This document shows, piece after piece, positions 49,326 to 60,744 of a stretch of DNA of 64,000 bases (position 1 is the first letter of the stretch; each line of letters opens with the position of its first letter). Below the pieces are notes generated by a model. That model had not been told where the DNA came from and did no database searches. It saw only the letters and a program-made list of their open reading frames with translations. The DNA lies in contig JBGANV010000003.1 of NCBI GenBank assembly GCA_044222185.1, positions 736,001-800,000 of the forward strand. The letters run 5' to 3'. This stretch comes from Planctomycetota bacterium. Lineage in GTDB: Bacteria; Planctomycetota; GCA-002687715; CAIWVZ01. Made by a program: the position numbers and the translations under genes.

Positions 49326-49955
49326 TTGGACGAGCCGGCGCCTTCCCTTTCGCGCGCACGCCGTGAATTGGCGTGGATGATCGCGACGGGTGCGGGCCAC
49401 TTGGTCTTCGAGCCCCTCCTGCACCTGAAGGCCGCCTACTTCACCTGCGTGGGCGCCGCGTGGACCGTCTACGTCGTCCGATGCGTTCGTCGTGATCCGT
49501 CGACCCTATCCACCTGGGGATGGCGACGCTCCGGCCTGAAGCCCGCCACGTTCTGTGCGGCAGCCGTGCTGGTCGTCGGCGCGATCGCGGTGGGTCTTGC
49601 TGGGCACTCGCTCGGGCATCTGAGGTTCCCCGCCTCGATGTTGGTCCTCCTGCTCGCGTACCCGGTCTGGGGCTACGTGCAGCAATTCCTCCTGCAGGCC
49701 TTCGTTGCCCGAAACCTCGCGGCCCTGGGCGTGCGCCAGGGGTTCGTCGTCCCGCTCACGGCGCTGGGATTCGGTGTCGTCCACGCACCGGAGTGGCGGC
49801 TCGTGGGCGCCTGCGCGTTGCTCGGGCTCGTTTTCACGCCGATCTATCTCCGCTGGCGGAACCTGTGGCCCCTGGGCCTGGCGCATGCGTGGCTGGGAAC
49901 GCTGGCGTTCTACTGGCTCCTCGGTCGCGACCCCTGGGTCGAGTTCCGGAGCTGA
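49326..49955 (+). CDS. CPBP/Abi (CAAX protease-like) intramembrane protein with a degenerate first motif
   Basis: Multi-TM; FGVVH and R..NLWPLGLAH motifs; QQFLLQ in place of EExxxR. Start uncertain. Confidence 0.75.
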   Translation: MDEPAPSLSRARRELAWMIATGAGHLVFEPLLHLKAAYFTCVGAAWTVYVVRCVRRDPSTLSTWGWRRSGLKPATFCAAAVLVVGAIAVGLAGHSLGHLRFPASMLVLLLAYPVWGYVQQFLLQAFVARNLAALGVRQGFVVPLTALGFGVVHAPEWRLVGACALLGLVFTPIYLRWRNLWPLGLAHAWLGTLAFYWLLGRDPWVEFRS

Positions 49956-50001
49956 CGGCGAGTTTCACGTTCCGGCGGCCCGGCACGTTATTCATCGCAC
50001 C

Positions 50002-52548
50002 ATGAACCGGTCAGCGACGATCGTCCTGTTCCTTTCTGCGTGCGCCCTGGGCCCGGCACAGACCGGCCCCGCCAGCAGCGACTGGTGCGCCACGGGCCTC
50101 GACTGCACTGCGTTCGCCGCCGTGGACGTCGACGGCGACGGGCGCGCCGACGTCCTCACCTTGAACGGAGGCGACCAGGTGTGCGTCGCGTTCTCCGTCG
50201 AAGGCTGGAAGGCTTCCGGGTGGGAGGTGATCTACGACGGTGCGCTCCACGGAGCGGCGGCCCTGGCCGCGCGACGGACCGCGGATGGAAAGGTCGAGAC
50301 GGCGCTCATCGACGGACAGACCTGCGAGGTCGCCTGGAACTGGGACGGGAAACGCCTCACGCAGAAGGCGCGCATCGCGGCGCCGGCCGGCCGCAAGTTC
50401 TCCGCGCTCGCCGCAACCGCTCGGGGCTTCCGCGTCATCGACGACGCCGGCGAGGCCTGGGTCGTGACCGCGCAGACGAACCTGAAGCTCGTCTCCGATG
50501 ACCAGGCGACGTCACAGCCCGACACGCGGCCCGCGCTCGCCCGCGTGACCGCGCCGCCCTACGAGCCGGACGCCGCGCAGCTCCTGACGTTCGGTGGCGA
50601 CGTGAACGGCGACGGCAAGCCGGACGCGCTCGGCGTGTTCACGCTGTCGCGTCCCTACGGGCTGCGCGTCGTCCGCGTCGCGATCACGCCGAACCCTGAA
50701 TCGGGTGACTCCGACGGCGACGGTCTGTCGGACGCCGACGAGGCGCGCCTCGGCACCGACCCGAACGATCGCGACACGGATGACGACGGCCTCCTCGACG
50801 GTTGGGAAGTGAACGGCCTCCCCCGCGGCACCCCGTGGCCCAAGGAGCAGGCGCCGGATCCGCGGCATCAAGACGTCCTCGTGGTCGTCTCGCGTTACGC
50901 CGAAGTCAGCGAGGAGGCCGCGACCCGCGAACTCACGCACGCCGCCAAGCTCTACGCCAAGCTGCCCAACGTGAACCCCGACGGGACGACCGGGATCCGC
51001 CTGCGATGGCGCCTCGATCCGGCCGTCGCCAAGGAGAAGCAGCACGGCGGATCGTGGTACGAGGTCGGCTGCGAGCAGTTCGCCGCGAAACAGCGCGGCA
51101 TCCTCCACTGGATGCAGCTGACGCCCGGAGGAGGCGGGCAGTCGCAGGAGCTCGGCGACATGGGCGGCAGCGGCATCAACTGGGCGTGCTTCGCCCACGA
51201 GCTCGGTCACCAACTCGGGCTCTCGCACACGGGCGACTCCGCGCCCGCGTGGTGCCCGCTCTACCCGTCGATCATGAACTACGCGTTCTCCTATTCGCTG
51301 AACGGCGACGCGGAGGCGATCGGGTTCTCGACGGGGCGCTTCACCGCAACGCGACTGGACGAGAAGAGCCTCAGCGAGCATCTGCCCTACCCCTATGCCG
51401 ACCTGCGATACCTCGCGGCGGGGCCCTTCCGCTTCACGCTGAAGGACGACGGAGCTGGCGGCACGCTCATCGACTGGAATCAGAACGGGCGCTTCGACGA
51501 CGGTCCCGTGACGGCGGACATCAACTACGGGAGCTCCACCTCCGCAGGGATCCGTCGCGCGATCGAGGTCTCCGGGTCGGCGCCGGCCCTCGCCTACGTC
51601 GGAAACACCTGTCGTGTCGTCTACTCGGCCCAGACGCATGCGCGCTCGTTCGTGCGCGACTACCTCGGAGACGAGAAGTGGACGGACGCGCGACCGATCC
51701 CCGAGTCCGCGACGCACGACGACCCGGTGCTCGCCGGCGGCTCGGCCGACGGGTTCGTGTTCTTGAAGCAGCTCACGGGGTGGAAGGTGGCGACGCTGAC
51801 CGAGAAGGACGTCTCGACGCCGGTCGGGCTCCCGGGGCTGCCGTCGTGCGCGCTCTCGGCACTGCGGATCGGCGAGCGAACGCTCCTCGTTTCCCGACAC
51901 GACGACGACCAGCTCGAAGCCCGGTGGCTCGACTGGAAGGACAAGAAGCCTCAGCTCTCCGCGCCACAACGGTTGGAAGCGCGCTCGCAGACGCCGGTCG
52001 GGCTCGGATTCAGCGTCGCCGACAAGCGTCTGGCACTCGTCACGTCCATGCCGAATTCACGCGGCGCGCAGATGTGCATGCGCGTGACGTGGTGCACGCT
52101 CGCGGGCGACAAGCTGGTCGAGGCCGAGACCCAGTGGACGCGCGGCGAGGCGAGCGGGAACAACTGCACGACCCGGCCCGTGGTCTCGTTCACGGACGAC
52201 GGGCGCATCGTGATCTTCCACACCGGCTGGCCGAGCCCGGACGGCCTGATGACGTCGTGGCGAACGACGCGCGTCGGCAACAAGGATCACGACGACGGCT
52301 GGCTCACGTGCATGATGTATGACGTGTGGACCGTCACGACGGTCGGCGTCGGTTTCGCGGCCGGCCCGCAGGGCGCGATCTTCGGCTTCCGCTGGGATTC
52401 GGGCGAACACGCGGGAATGAAGACCAACCACCTGCTCCTCGCCCACAACGGATTCGGCATCGACCCCGAGCCCATGCGAGACTTCGACGACGGGGCGAAG
52501 ATCTCGCGCTGGGGCATCCGACACTCGATCCTCACCATGTCGCGATAG
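50002..52548 (+). CDS. Secreted protein with VCBS/FG-GAP repeats, TSP3-like Ca-binding repeats and a metzincin-type metalloprotease domain
   Basis: DVDGDGRAD and DVNGDGKPD; DSDGDGLSD.DE...DTDDDGLLDGWE; HELGHQLGLSH plus SIMNY (Met-turn). Confidence 0.85.
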   Translation: MNRSATIVLFLSACALGPAQTGPASSDWCATGLDCTAFAAVDVDGDGRADVLTLNGGDQVCVAFSVEGWKASGWEVIYDGALHGAAALAARRTADGKVETALIDGQTCEVAWNWDGKRLTQKARIAAPAGRKFSALAATARGFRVIDDAGEAWVVTAQTNLKLVSDDQATSQPDTRPALARVTAPPYEPDAAQLLTFGGDVNGDGKPDALGVFTLSRPYGLRVVRVAITPNPESGDSDGDGLSDADEARLGTDPNDRDTDDDGLLDGWEVNGLPRGTPWPKEQAPDPRHQDVLVVVSRYAEVSEEAATRELTHAAKLYAKLPNVNPDGTTGIRLRWRLDPAVAKEKQHGGSWYEVGCEQFAAKQRGILHWMQLTPGGGGQSQELGDMGGSGINWACFAHELGHQLGLSHTGDSAPAWCPLYPSIMNYAFSYSLNGDAEAIGFSTGRFTATRLDEKSLSEHLPYPYADLRYLAAGPFRFTLKDDGAGGTLIDWNQNGRFDDGPVTADINYGSSTSAGIRRAIEVSGSAPALAYVGNTCRVVYSAQTHARSFVRDYLGDEKWTDARPIPESATHDDPVLAGGSADGFVFLKQLTGWKVATLTEKDVSTPVGLPGLPSCALSALRIGERTLLVSRHDDDQLEARWLDWKDKKPQLSAPQRLEARSQTPVGLGFSVADKRLALVTSMPNSRGAQMCMRVTWCTLAGDKLVEAETQWTRGEASGNNCTTRPVVSFTDDGRIVIFHTGWPSPDGLMTSWRTTRVGNKDHDDGWLTCMMYDVWTVTTVGVGFAAGPQGAIFGFRWDSGEHAGMKTNHLLLAHNGFGIDPEPMRDFDDGAKISRWGIRHSILTMSR

Positions 52549-52684
52549 CCAGCGCGGGGCCAGCCGGATCGCGCGCGGGGCGAGCCGGCTCGACGAGACG
52601 GCCGCGGCGCGCCATCGCCAGACCTCGCGGCGAGCGCGGCCGCGCGGACGACGCGGTCGCTATGATTCCGGCTTCGAGACCCGC

Positions 52685-53854
52685 ATGACGACCGACGCCG
52701 CAACCGCCCCTTCGATCGCGATCGAAGCCGATCGCTCCCTTTCCCGCGTGCCGGTCGAGCTGCGCTCGTTGCGGATCTGGGTGACGACGTTCGCCGTGTG
52801 GTCGGTGATTGCCGTGCTGTCGGCGACGATCCGGTGGATGTACTACGGCAGCAAGGAGCAGATGTCGCTCGCGCAGTCGTTCGGCTACTCGATCTGCGAC
52901 GAGTACGTGAACGCCCTCCTCACGCCGCCCATGCTGTGGCTCGGGCGCGTGTTTCGCGTGACGCGCGAGAACTGGCGGCGAATGGCGCCGCGACAACTGC
53001 TCATCGCGGTGATCGCGGGCGCGTTCTCCGCGGCGCCGTCCACGTTCGTGACGGATCGCCTCGCCCAGAGCTTCGGCCACCCCGGGTGGCAGTGGGAGAC
53101 CGCGCAACACGAGATCGTCGGATGCTACCTGGGCAACGTCGTGTGGATGTCGCAGATCCTCCTCGTCTCGCAGGGTCTGCTCTCGATCAAGGAGTCGCGC
53201 GAGCGGGCCGTGCGCGCGGTCCAGCTCGAAGCGCAACTCGCCAAGGCCCAGCTGCAGGTCCTCCGCATGCAGCTGAACCCGCACTTCCTGTTCAACACGC
53301 TGAACGGGATCGTCACGCTCATGCATCGTGACATCGATGCTGCCGAGCGGATGATCCTCCGCCTGAGTGATCTGTTGCGCCTCGCGCTCGACGACGACGG
53401 CTCGCTCGAGGTTCCCCTGCGGCGCGAGGTGGATTTCATGGAGCGGTACCTGGATCTGGAGAAGGTCCGCTTCGCCGAGCGGCTGCACGTCACCGTCCGC
53501 CTCGCGGACGACACGCTCGATTGCCTCGTGCCGAACCTCATCCTTCATCCCATCGTCGAAAATGCCGTGAAGCATGGCGTGGCGCGCACGACCGACGGAG
53601 GTCACATCGAGTTGCGCACGTACCTGGAGGACGGCCGTCTCACGATCGACGTCGAGGACGACGGGCCGGGGTTCGACGAAGCGCGATCCGGCGGCGGCAT
53701 CGGCCTCACGAACACGCGCGAGCGTCTTTCGCGCATGTTCGGATCGGAGGCGAGGCTCGACGTCGGCGTCGGTCCGCGTGGCGGGGCACGGGTCCGGCTG
53801 CGGCTGCCCGTGCGGATGCAATCCCGTTCGAAGGGTTCGGAGGTAGCGACATGA
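52685..53854 (+). CDS. LytS/YehU-family sensor histidine kinase
   Basis: Multi-TM N-terminus; QLNPHFLFNTLN, ENAVKHG, DDGPG, GIGLTN.RERL. Confidence 0.93.
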   Translation: MTTDAATAPSIAIEADRSLSRVPVELRSLRIWVTTFAVWSVIAVLSATIRWMYYGSKEQMSLAQSFGYSICDEYVNALLTPPMLWLGRVFRVTRENWRRMAPRQLLIAVIAGAFSAAPSTFVTDRLAQSFGHPGWQWETAQHEIVGCYLGNVVWMSQILLVSQGLLSIKESRERAVRAVQLEAQLAKAQLQVLRMQLNPHFLFNTLNGIVTLMHRDIDAAERMILRLSDLLRLALDDDGSLEVPLRREVDFMERYLDLEKVRFAERLHVTVRLADDTLDCLVPNLILHPIVENAVKHGVARTTDGGHIELRTYLEDGRLTIDVEDDGPGFDEARSGGGIGLTNTRERLSRMFGSEARLDVGVGPRGGARVRLRLPVRMQSRSKGSEVAT

Positions 53855-54627
53855 ACACGATTCGCGCCATCACGGTCGACGACGAACCGCTCGCGCGGGA
53901 ACGGCTGCGCGGTCTCCTCGCCGAGGAGGCGGGCATCGAACTCGTCGCCGAGGCCGCCGATGGGGACGAGGCCGTCGCGGCGATCCGCACGCACAAGCCG
54001 GACCTCGTCCTCCTCGACATCCAGATGCCCGGCCTCGACGGTTTCGGCGTGCTCGCGAAGCTCCCGATGAAGCCGCTCCCGGTCGTCATCTTCGTGACGG
54101 CGTACGACCAGTACGCGCTTCGCGCCTTCGAAGTGCATGCGCTCGACTACGTGCTGAAGCCCATCGACGGCGATCGCTTCCGTGCGGCGATGCGTCGGGC
54201 CCGCGACCAGATCGAGCGCGAGAAGCGCGGGGAGGTCGACGAACGCGTCCGCGCGCTGCTCTCCGAACTGCGCGCGCCCTCGCCCCATCTCGATCGGCTC
54301 GCGATCCGCTCGCCCGGCCGCGTCTTCTTCGTGAAGACCGAGGAGATCGACTTCATCGAGGCCGCCGGAAATTACGTCCGCATCAAGGTCGGAGATCACG
54401 AGCACCTGCTTCGTGAAACGCTCAACGCCATGGAGCAGAAGCTCGATCCCCGGCGATTCGTCCGCATCCACCGCTCGACCGTCGTGAACGTCGATCGGGT
54501 GAAGGAGCTTCAGCCGATCCTGCATGGCGACTACTCCGTGATCCTGCGCAGCGGCGCGACGCTGACGCTCAGCCGCAGCTTCCGCGAGAAGGCCCAGCAG
54601 GCGTTGGGTCTCGAGCCGGAGGCGTAG
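53851..54627 (+). CDS. LytTR-family response regulator
   Basis: VDDEPLAR, LLDIQMP, FVTAYD, DYVLKP and the LytTR motif FVRIHRSTVVN; GGAGG RBS. Confidence 0.95.
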   Translation: MNTIRAITVDDEPLARERLRGLLAEEAGIELVAEAADGDEAVAAIRTHKPDLVLLDIQMPGLDGFGVLAKLPMKPLPVVIFVTAYDQYALRAFEVHALDYVLKPIDGDRFRAAMRRARDQIEREKRGEVDERVRALLSELRAPSPHLDRLAIRSPGRVFFVKTEEIDFIEAAGNYVRIKVGDHEHLLRETLNAMEQKLDPRRFVRIHRSTVVNVDRVKELQPILHGDYSVILRSGATLTLSRSFREKAQQALGLEPEA

Positions 54628-54679
54628 GGGCGCGGCGTCGCGTCCGCGGCGCTGCAGCGCCGAAGCGCCGCGCGGCGCT

Positions 54680-54871
54680 CGGAGCGCCGCGCTACTGCGC
54701 GGCCGGATGGCAGGGCTCTGCCCTGCCTGGAACGTCGAGTGGGCACGCTCGCGGCCGACGTGTCGGACGACGCACGAAGATCCCCGGCCACATGAGTCGA
54801 TCAACGCCTCTCCACACTCAGGGCAGGGCAGAGCCCTGCCCACCCGGCCGGGCAGAAAGCCCGGCGCTCCG
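54680..54871. repeat. REP-like doublet: two inverted ~48-bp elements 94 bp apart
   Basis: 54680-54727 (minus) and 54822-54871 (plus) both read GGCAGGGC-N3-GCCCTGCC-N2/3-CCGGCCG-hairpin-CGGCGCTCCG. Confidence 0.85.
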
Positions 54872-54883
54872 GCGCCCCGACGG

Positions 54884-55486
54884 TCACCGCGATTCGGTCG
54901 GCCGCAACGCACCAGAGGTCTCCATGTGCCGGCGCTCGAGCGACTCCAGGTAGCGGTCGATGCCCAGCTGGGCGTTGATCTCTTTCACGAGCCCGAAGAC
55001 GTCTTTCGCATCCGGATCCGAGGCGTCCGCGACGACGCGCTTGCGCACGCCGCGGGCATTCAGGCTCAGGCGCACCCGCGGCGCGTCCGTATACCGCGCG
55101 TCGACATAGGACTCGTCGAGTTGCTGAAATCGGAAGCGGAAGAACAGATCGAGGATCGCATCCAGTTCGGCCGGACTGAGTCTGCGGGTATCGCGGTCAC
55201 CGAATCGTGGGGTAATGCGAAGTTCGCCGGATCGGCTCAGCTCAAGACCGAAGCTCCACCCAGCATTCATGCAGGACCGCTGGATCTCGACGACAGTGTC
55301 AGCGCCAAACGGTTCGTCCAAGAACAGGTCCCGCTCGCGGGTCACCCAACGAAGGAACGCGAAGCCGCCGTAGACCGCCAGTGCCATGATCGCGCCCCAG
55401 ACGATCCGCTGCCGCGGACTCCGCGCCGACAGCCCGTCGCCGCGCGCGCGGCGCGCGAACCGCGCGTGGCGATCTGGATCATCCAT
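54884..55486 (-). CDS. Membrane-anchored hypothetical protein (DUF6438-like)
   Basis: GAAGGAG RBS; TM IVWGAIMALAVYGGFAFL; EIQRSC...F..L..SY...TDAP...G.RKRV pattern resembles DUF6438. Confidence 0.65.
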   Translation of the reverse strand: MDDPDRHARFARRARGDGLSARSPRQRIVWGAIMALAVYGGFAFLRWVTRERDLFLDEPFGADTVVEIQRSCMNAGWSFGLELSRSGELRITPRFGDRDTRRLSPAELDAILDLFFRFRFQQLDESYVDARYTDAPRVRLSLNARGVRKRVVADASDPDAKDVFGLVKEINAQLGIDRYLESLERRHMETSGALRPTESR

Positions 55487-55502
55487 TCGGTTCTCCTTCG
55501 TG

Positions 55503-55691
55503 CGGACCGCCGCGCCCGGCGCGGCTGGAGGGCAGGGCTCGGCCCTGCCTCTCGATCGGTGACTTTATTCGCGCGCGACCACCGCGGCGACCGACGGATG
55601 AAGGCGACGATCAGCGCGGCTTGTGGGCGTCTCGCCACGCGCCTGGCAGGGCAAAGCCCTGCCGTCCGGCCGGGCGGAGCCCGGCGCTCCG
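55503..55691. repeat. REP-like doublet: two inverted ~47-bp elements 95 bp apart
   Basis: 55503-55549 (minus) and 55645-55691 (plus) match the same consensus as 54680-54871. Confidence 0.85.
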
Positions 55692-55723
55692 ATCTACGCT
55701 CGTTCCCGACCAAATCAGGCCTT

Positions 55724-55751
55724 TTGGACTCCCCCGGCCGGCTCATATAAC
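55724..55751 (+). promoter_or_regulatory. Putative sigma70 promoter for hppA
   Basis: TTGGAC-N16-TATAAC. Confidence 0.55.
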
Positions 55752-55793
55752 TTCCCTCCGAATTTCCGGGCCCTGATGGAGTCTCAAGAGCCG

Positions 55794-58175
<2,382 letters not shown>

Positions 58176-58255
58176 GCCCGACCACGCCCGGCCGCCGCCC
58201 CCCTTGCGGCGCCGGGCGCTTGCCGTTCCCGCCCGGTGCGAGCACGATGTTCGCC

Positions 58256-59779
58256 ATGCCGCACCGGCAAATCCGCCACGCACTGACTTCCGTCACCGCG
58301 CTCTTGCTCGGATGCGTGGCGCTCCTGCCGGGGTGCTCCTCGACGTCGGCGGCGTCCTCGGGAAGCAACCCTCCCCCCTGGCACTACACGGTGCGCGTCT
58401 CGGACGACCTGAGCACACTGCACGTCTCCGTGCTTTTCGACGAGGATCCTGGCACGCACTTCATACTCGGCGAGACCTCCAAGGAGAGTTTCGTGTCCGA
58501 CGTGACCGCACAGCCGGGCGAGTTGCCGCTGGATCGCGATCGCGAACACGGCGGCTGGCACTGGGGATTCGAGGAGCGCCTGACGGGGCTGGACTACGTC
58601 GTGCACCTCGACCAGATGTTCGCCCGCAGCGGACGTTCACGGGATCGGGCCGATCGGCGCGACGTCGTCGTACCCAACGGCGCGTGGCTCGTCCGCCCCA
58701 TGCGCCTTCCCGGACCGCGACCTGCCGACCTGGCGGTCGATCGCGCCGAATCCGCCTCGACGGGCGGAGGGCCGCCGCTGGAGGTGTCCTTTCCCTGCGG
58801 CCGCTTCGACGAACGCGCCAACGGCACGAGCGCGCGATATACCCTCGATCGGACGGCGTTCTGGTACGAAGGCGCGCTCGCGATCGGTCCGTTCGCAAAG
58901 AGTGCCTTCATGCACGGCGACACGACCTTCGAGATGGTCCTCCTGAACGGACGCCGCAAGGCCACGCCGGCGGGACTGCAATCCTGGCTCACCCGATCCG
59001 CGGATGCGGTCGCTGCGCTCTACGGGGGTTTCCCGAAGAAGCAGGTTCGCGTGTTGGTGAGGCCTTCCGGTCGCGGGCACGAACCCATCGTGTTCGGACT
59101 TGCGCAACGCGGTGGCGGCGCATCCCTCACCCTCTACCTGAACTCGGCCGCGTCGGATTCCGATCTCACGTCCGACTGGGTGACGGTCCACGAGATGACC
59201 CATCTCGGAATGCCGCCGATGCACGACGACGATGGCTGGATGTCGGAGGGCTGGGTGACCTACTACACCGAGGTCCTACGCGCCCGCGCAGGCATGAAGT
59301 CCGAGGAGGGTGCGTGGCAGGGCATCGCCGAGGGGCTCGCGAACGGAATCGCCGAAGCGAACGCGGTGTCGCTCCGTCAAGCCAGCCGGACGTTGGACGA
59401 GGGCCAGCGCTGGCTTTACGTTTATTGGGGTGGCGCCGCGACGGCGCTGCTGCTCGACGTGGAGATGCGACGGCAATCGGGCGGCGCGCGGTCGTTGGAT
59501 CACGCCATGCGTGAGATCTACGAATGGCGCAAGGCCCGCGACGAGCTGGTCACCTCCGACGAGATCATCGAGCACCTCGACGACTGGTGGGGTGCTGATC
59601 TCTTCTCGAAGACGCTCAAACTCCTGGTCGACGGCTCCGACTTCCCGAAGGTCGGCCCCGCGTTCGCCCGTCTCGGGATCGCACGCATGGGAGATGGCGT
59701 TCAACTCGACGACACGGCTCCGGACGCCGCGATCCGCCGGGCGATCATGGCGCCGCCGCCGAGTTCGACGAAACCTTGA
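58256..59779 (+). CDS. Lipoprotein gluzincin metallopeptidase (M1/M61-like)
   Basis: Lipobox LPGC; HEMTH...WMSEG..TYY; VYWGGA...LLDVE.R...SLD. Confidence 0.85.
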   Translation: MPHRQIRHALTSVTALLLGCVALLPGCSSTSAASSGSNPPPWHYTVRVSDDLSTLHVSVLFDEDPGTHFILGETSKESFVSDVTAQPGELPLDRDREHGGWHWGFEERLTGLDYVVHLDQMFARSGRSRDRADRRDVVVPNGAWLVRPMRLPGPRPADLAVDRAESASTGGGPPLEVSFPCGRFDERANGTSARYTLDRTAFWYEGALAIGPFAKSAFMHGDTTFEMVLLNGRRKATPAGLQSWLTRSADAVAALYGGFPKKQVRVLVRPSGRGHEPIVFGLAQRGGGASLTLYLNSAASDSDLTSDWVTVHEMTHLGMPPMHDDDGWMSEGWVTYYTEVLRARAGMKSEEGAWQGIAEGLANGIAEANAVSLRQASRTLDEGQRWLYVYWGGAATALLLDVEMRRQSGGARSLDHAMREIYEWRKARDELVTSDEIIEHLDDWWGADLFSKTLKLLVDGSDFPKVGPAFARLGIARMGDGVQLDDTAPDAAIRRAIMAPPPSSTKP

Positions 59780-59805
59780 CGCCCCGATCCGAAGTGGACG
59801 AAGTC

Positions 59806-60723
59806 ATGGGGCCCGCACCGAAGTCGAACGTCCCGCACTCCGCGCAGCCTCGGCGCAGCCGCCGGCGTCGGATCGTCCGATGGGCGATCATCATCTTCCT
59901 CCTCGCCATCACGGCGTGGCTCGTCGGCTGCTGGTTCGCCGCGGGCACCCTGATCCACCCCTATCGGCAGTCCATTCCCAAGGTGGCGGAGATCGGCGGA
60001 GCGGCAGTCGAGGAAGTCGCGTTCCAGACCCGCGACGCCGTCACGATCCGGGGCTGGCTGATGACGAAATCGCCCGAGCGCGTCGTGGTGCTCGTGGCGG
60101 GGCTCGGCGGCAACCGCACGTCGTCGACCGAGATGGCGGCCCTGTGGCTCGAACACGGATGGAGCGTCCTCACTCCCGACCTTCGTGCGACGGGAGCCAG
60201 CACGCACGACCAGGTCACGTTCGGTTGGGATGAACGACTCGACGTCGAGGCTGCGCAGGGCTTCCTCCGATCACGGGGGTTCGTGCGAATCGGCGGGCAC
60301 GGAGTCTCACTCGGCGCGGCTGCACTCTGCTACTCCCTCGACGATGCGACGACGTGGGACTTCCTCGTGATCGAGTCGTGCTACGACACGATCGAGAACG
60401 CCTTCCGCAATCGCATGGATCCCCTGGGTGTCCCGGCCTTCGCCGCATGGCCGATCAAGCTGTTCGTCGAGTGGCGCACGGGGATCGACCGCTCGCGCCT
60501 CGAGCCGGTCCGTGCCATCCGTCCCCACACCCGCCCGCTGCTCGTGATGGCCGGCGACGCGGAATACCAGCTGAAATTCGGCGAGGTCGCAGCCCTTCAC
60601 GCGGCATGTTCGTCCGAGAAGAAGATCCTCCACGTGTTCAAGGGACACGGGCACCACAGCCACATCGGGCGATCGCCGCAGGAGTACCGGACCGTCTTCG
60701 ACGAGTTCCTCCGCTGGCTCTGA
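59806..60723 (+). CDS. Membrane-anchored alpha/beta hydrolase
   Basis: TM; DLRATGAS, TFGWDERLD, GVSLG nucleophile elbow, AGDAE, GH. Confidence 0.88.
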   Translation: MGPAPKSNVPHSAQPRRSRRRRIVRWAIIIFLLAITAWLVGCWFAAGTLIHPYRQSIPKVAEIGGAAVEEVAFQTRDAVTIRGWLMTKSPERVVVLVAGLGGNRTSSTEMAALWLEHGWSVLTPDLRATGASTHDQVTFGWDERLDVEAAQGFLRSRGFVRIGGHGVSLGAAALCYSLDDATTWDFLVIESCYDTIENAFRNRMDPLGVPAFAAWPIKLFVEWRTGIDRSRLEPVRAIRPHTRPLLVMAGDAEYQLKFGEVAALHAACSSEKKILHVFKGHGHHSHIGRSPQEYRTVFDEFLRWL

Positions 60724-60744
60724 CCGCGCGCCGAGATCCGTCGA

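Noticed and set aside
54680-55691. Integron cassette with attC sites
   Set aside because: The repeats lack RYYYAAC/GTTRRRY core ends, no integron integrase is present, and the gene has its own RBS. REP-like doublets fit better.
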